A DNA stretch of 62,421 nt. Source: a virus. Lineage: Duplodnaviria; Caudoviricetes. The stretch covers positions 1 through 62,421 of IMG/VR virus record IMGVR_UViG_3300035665_000031. One strand, given 5' to 3'. The notes beneath the pieces were generated by a model. The model was not told where the DNA came from. It saw only the letters and a program-made list of their open reading frames with translations, and did not search any database. Within the stretch, counting starts at the first letter, position 1; the number at the start of each line of letters is the position of its first letter. This document shows, in pieces, positions 58,418-62,421 of this stretch. The position numbers and the translations under genes were made by a program.

Positions 58418-58834
58418 TTAACTTATTTTCTTTAATAAATTCAACTCTTCATTAGTTAAATTTTGAATACCCTTATCTAATAATGAGTCTATTAATTCAA
58501 GCCTAGATTCTTCACTTAATCCTTCACTTATTGTATCAATTTCAAATCGTTCTTTAACATCCAAATCAAATGATAATTGAAACAAAGTATTTAATATTGA
58601 ATCGTCACTCATAGATACAAATGATTCATCATTTACCTCATATATGAAAAAATTATACTTACCAACGTAATCTTTTAATATGGACTTAATATCATCAATA
58701 TTAATTGAACACACAAATGTAGCGATACTAACACCCTTGGCATCCAAAAAAGCCACTCTCTCAGATGGTATAAGCATTAGCATTTCAGCCCTCTTAGAAT
58801 TATCCCCTAATATTATTATACAAAACTTTTTCAT
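58418..58834 (-). CDS. Hypothetical protein
   Basis: ORF track. Confidence 0.7.
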   Translation of the reverse strand: MKKFCIIILGDNSKRAEMLMLIPSERVAFLDAKGVSIATFVCSINIDDIKSILKDYVGKYNFFIYEVNDESFVSMSDDSILNTLFQLSFDLDVKERFEIDTISEGLSEESRLELIDSLLDKGIQNLTNEELNLLKKIS

Positions 58835-61176
58835 GATACACTTAAGGTTGATATGTTATTTTCTTTAGTTACAGTAACGATGTTATCTGCCCATTCCTTC
58901 ACAAGTGGGTTGTGTGTGACTAAAAAAACAACATCATACATTTCTTTTATTTTCTTAAATAACCCCTCAACCTTGTATAGATTTTCATTACCAATCTTAC
59001 CAAGAACCTCATCAAATGTTATCATATTCGGCATTGGTAACTTAGATACTTTACCCAACACAGCCCTTAACGCTAAACTAGCTACAGTTTTTTCTAACCC
59101 ACTAGCTGACCTTAAATTGTTGACTATACCATCCTTAATAAAAAGGAATTTAACATCGTTCTTATCATCAATATAAACTTCAACTTCAAAGTCACATACA
59201 TCTTCCAATAATGATTGTAATTGTGAATTAATAATGGGTAACACAGACCTTAAAACAATCTTAGAAATACCCTTCTTACCAACTATGGATGTATAAATCT
59301 TGAATATCCTATCAACCTCATCTTCAGCAATAAGTTCTTTAATCAAATTCTCTTTTGATGTGATTTCTTTTTCATTATTTAGAACCTCATTACCTAAATC
59401 TGATATGTTTTTTATTAGTTTCTCCAATAGTGTCCTTTTAACTACTAAATCAGTCTTTATTTTACTAATATCAATATCAATACTCTTATTTAAATCAATG
59501 ATAGTTAAATTCAAATTATATTTGTTTAAGTCATTTCTCTTTTCAACTAACTTATTACGCAATGAATCTAAATCAACTTCAAATCTACAAATATCTAACT
59601 CTAATTGTGTTTTTTCATCAAATAATTTCTTGGTTTCTTTCATTGATTCCAATAATTCTTTTTTGATAGTTAAATTATTATCTGTGGATGCTTTATCAGC
59701 TAATTTAGATGTTAAGGTTAACTTATGTTTATTTATGTGTTCAGAGTTGTCTACATCATCTAATTTTCTATTACAAGACTTACATATACCACCATCAATC
59801 AATTGTTGTATGTTATTTTCTAATTCGCTTATTTGTGATGTTAACATAGATATTTCAGCGTTTAGTTTACCAATATCATTTAACGTATTAACATAAGTTA
59901 ATTCTTCATATTTAACATCACCAATATCCTTAATCCTAACTTTAACTTCAGCGATTTTATTGGATATATCCTTACCCTGTTTTGTTATTGTTTGAATATC
60001 ACTTTCAATGTTACTTGGGTTTAAGGTTGCAATTTGTACATCTAATGGTTTTTTAGACTCTAATAAATTAGTTATCTTAGCCTCTAATTCCTTTATCTCA
60101 TCTTTTGTTTTTTCAGTTGATTCTGTTGTTACCTTAAGTGTTTCAGCTAAAAATTTTAATGAGTCATTATGTCCTTCTATTTCATTTTGAAGTGTTGGTA
60201 CGTTATATAAGTTACCCTTTTTGGTTGTGTTAAATGTATTGTGCATTTTTCTAACAACAGCCTCTTTATTAATTATAACCTCTAACCCAATAAATCTATT
60301 TAATATTTCAGTTGACTTAGCACTAGTTAAACCAATTAAATTATCTAAATTAGATTCAGTAGCCAAAACCAACATCTCAAAATCATCTTGATTTGATATT
60401 GTACGGTTGATAAGTTTAGTTGTTTCTTTTGATTGCTCTTCATTGTGTGATTTTTCAGTACCATCTGGTAATATGGAATAATAATTAACCTTACCAGATG
60501 TCTTAACACCAGCCTTTCCATTAGTCCTAGTTAGTTTTCTTTCAATAATAACATCTTCACCATTTAATTCCAATAACCCTCTAACTAGAACTTCATTCTT
60601 ATCCGTAAATTTATTAAATATCTCTTCCTGTTTGTCAGTCTTTGTTGTTACACCAAATAACAAAAACATAATTGCATCAATGGTTAATGTTGATTTACCA
60701 CCTTGATTTGGTGATGGGGTTGAGTTAACTATGTTTAAACCTTTCAACTTGGAAACATGGAACATATTATTATTACCATATGATAAAAAATTATCCAAAG
60801 TTATCCATTTTAATGACCATCTACTACTTGAATTGTAATCATCTGAAACATTCAACTCAGCATTAACTTTATCATCTAATTTAAATAATCTTTCAATGTT
60901 AACAGTAATATTCTCTCTCAATAACCATTCTTTCATCAAAGACCTTTGATATTCCTTATCCAGGATATTATCAATTGTTGCCCCATCAATGATAATCTTA
61001 TCCCCTTTATCATTGAATTTTACTGCTGTGTAAATAACATCAATACTTTCCTTAGAAACACCATATTTTTTAGAAAAGTAATTCCTAATTTTATTCTTAG
61101 CATCTCTACTATAATTTTCTGGTCTATCTGACCATTGAACTCTTATCTTACCATTAAGTGATACATTATTCACCAT
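58831..61176 (-). CDS. Rad50/SbcC-like (gp46-like) ATPase
   Basis: NFLSYG, NQGGKST, coiled coil with CKSC hook, ASGLE, FDEV, VTH. Confidence 0.92.
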   Translation of the reverse strand: MVNNVSLNGKIRVQWSDRPENYSRDAKNKIRNYFSKKYGVSKESIDVIYTAVKFNDKGDKIIIDGATIDNILDKEYQRSLMKEWLLRENITVNIERLFKLDDKVNAELNVSDDYNSSSRWSLKWITLDNFLSYGNNNMFHVSKLKGLNIVNSTPSPNQGGKSTLTIDAIMFLLFGVTTKTDKQEEIFNKFTDKNEVLVRGLLELNGEDVIIERKLTRTNGKAGVKTSGKVNYYSILPDGTEKSHNEEQSKETTKLINRTISNQDDFEMLVLATESNLDNLIGLTSAKSTEILNRFIGLEVIINKEAVVRKMHNTFNTTKKGNLYNVPTLQNEIEGHNDSLKFLAETLKVTTESTEKTKDEIKELEAKITNLLESKKPLDVQIATLNPSNIESDIQTITKQGKDISNKIAEVKVRIKDIGDVKYEELTYVNTLNDIGKLNAEISMLTSQISELENNIQQLIDGGICKSCNRKLDDVDNSEHINKHKLTLTSKLADKASTDNNLTIKKELLESMKETKKLFDEKTQLELDICRFEVDLDSLRNKLVEKRNDLNKYNLNLTIIDLNKSIDIDISKIKTDLVVKRTLLEKLIKNISDLGNEVLNNEKEITSKENLIKELIAEDEVDRIFKIYTSIVGKKGISKIVLRSVLPIINSQLQSLLEDVCDFEVEVYIDDKNDVKFLFIKDGIVNNLRSASGLEKTVASLALRAVLGKVSKLPMPNMITFDEVLGKIGNENLYKVEGLFKKIKEMYDVVFLVTHNPLVKEWADNIVTVTKENNISTLSVS

Positions 61177-61453
61177 ATAAATCTAAATTTTCTTTTTTAA
61201 TTTCAATTATTTCTTTAACCTCTTCTTTTATTTCTCCCTCCACCTCTATTTCTTCTATTATTGGTTCCTCAACAATAGATACCTTAACTTCAGCCTTTTC
61301 GGTTTTTTTAACATGCGGTTTAGTACCATATTTCTCAATATTAAACCCAGTTACCAATAACTTTATAATAAATGCATCAATATCAACAATATTATTTGCC
61401 TCACAAAATGCCTTTATATCGACATGTAAATTATGTGGGAGATTATTAAGCAT
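61166..61453 (-). CDS. Hypothetical protein
   Basis: ORF between nuclease subunits. Confidence 0.65.
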   Translation of the reverse strand: MLNNLPHNLHVDIKAFCEANNIVDIDAFIIKLLVTGFNIEKYGTKPHVKKTEKAEVKVSIVEEPIIEEIEVEGEIKEEVKEIIEIKKENLDLYGE

Positions 61454-62282
61454 TTTTTAATATCTCCCCACCATTAGTCAACACATCCAATGAATCCATT
61501 GTGAAATTATAATACAAATATGGGTTATCAACTTCGAAATGCTTATACCTTAAGCTATCAATATCCCACATTAAAAATCCATGTTTTTTAATTGATTCCC
61601 CATAATTCTGTTGAATTAAACTGGAACAATAAGCAATTGGAATAACCTTACCATCATTCGTGGTAAATGGCATATCTTGTTGCATGTGAATATCACCAAG
61701 CATTGCTGCGTCTAAACCATTGAATATATTGGTGTTTGAGCCATGTTCAACAACAAAACCAAGGTCTGTTTTGCTTCCAATTATCGGGCCATGAAATAAT
61801 CCAATATAAGTCTTGTCAGCACCAAATTGTTCTATAGCCGCTTCAATATTTGGTCGTTTGTTTTCTTCAAATATCGAATAAACACACCAAACAATGTTGT
61901 TATCTAAATAACAATTAGATTCCTTAAAATAAGATATATTTTTATCCTTTAAGGCTATATATACTGGTGTTATAGAGTCTGTTCTATTTTTATTTGTCTC
62001 CAATAAGTCATGATTTCCAGCTATAATTATAACGTTCCCTATTTTCTCCAATTCTGAAATAAAATTAACACACATAATGTATAATTCATTTGATATCGTA
62101 ATCTTTGAGTGAACCAAATCACCAGCAATTACAATTCTAATTTCATCTCTAGTTAAATCCTTTGATAAATCATATAATTGTTCCAATAAATTATTGAAGC
62201 ATTCAATGTATTCTTTATGGAATTTCATATTTCTAATGTGTATATCACCCATATGAAATACTATTTTTATTTTTTTATTCAT
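61446..62282 (-). CDS. Mre11/SbcD-like (gp47-like) nuclease
   Basis: GDIH, AGDLVH, GNHD, FHG, LGDIH. Confidence 0.92.
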   Translation of the reverse strand: MNKKIKIVFHMGDIHIRNMKFHKEYIECFNNLLEQLYDLSKDLTRDEIRIVIAGDLVHSKITISNELYIMCVNFISELEKIGNVIIIAGNHDLLETNKNRTDSITPVYIALKDKNISYFKESNCYLDNNIVWCVYSIFEENKRPNIEAAIEQFGADKTYIGLFHGPIIGSKTDLGFVVEHGSNTNIFNGLDAAMLGDIHMQQDMPFTTNDGKVIPIAYCSSLIQQNYGESIKKHGFLMWDIDSLRYKHFEVDNPYLYYNFTMDSLDVLTNGGEILKNA

Positions 62283-62421
62283 ATTTTTTTATGCTAACGA
62301 TAAGTTATATTTATGTCTTTGTAACAGTAATTTAGCTTCATTTTTTAAATAAATCATGTTTATTTTTTTAAATGACTCAAGAACCCTATCCCAATATAGT
62401 ACATACATTTGTCTACATTTT

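Noticed and set aside
50866-61460. Numerous plus-strand ORFs opposite long minus-strand genes
   Set aside because: Antisense shadows with Ser/Leu/Phe-biased composition
1-62421. Integron integrase or other recombinase in the window
   Set aside because: No ORF shows tyrosine-recombinase R...HxxR...Y or serine-recombinase motifs

Overview
AT-rich segment of a large (jumbo-type) tailed phage genome, almost all genes on the minus strand. Recurrent TAnnTTTG -7 promoter boxes point to a Bacteroidota host. Recognisable genes: Mre11/Rad50 (SbcD/SbcC-like) pair, sigma70-family factor, DnaJ, amidase, spanin-like pair, dNMP kinase, GuaB/GuaC, a NAD/ADP-ribose cluster (PRS-like, NAMPT-like, CoaD-like, macrodomain, NADAR), a split ABC transporter, two tRNA clusters with homing endonucleases, and a tmRNA. 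Three non-coding systems stand out. (1) Four integron-like cassette arrays with about 29 complete attC-like hairpins, three conserved attI-like sites, all ORFs inverted relative to the att sites, and no integrase in the window. (2) Two leader-peptide/terminator units whose codon content matches the tRNAs they precede (F/E/A/D and L/V/C), suggesting ribosome-dependent attenuation of tRNA operons. (3) A tandem array of seven stem-closed small RNAs sharing an ACAGCA motif, one a circularly permuted tRNA mimic, directly downstream of a TROVE/Ro60-like vWA gene. All calls are from reading the sequence by eye; no searches or folding programs were run.
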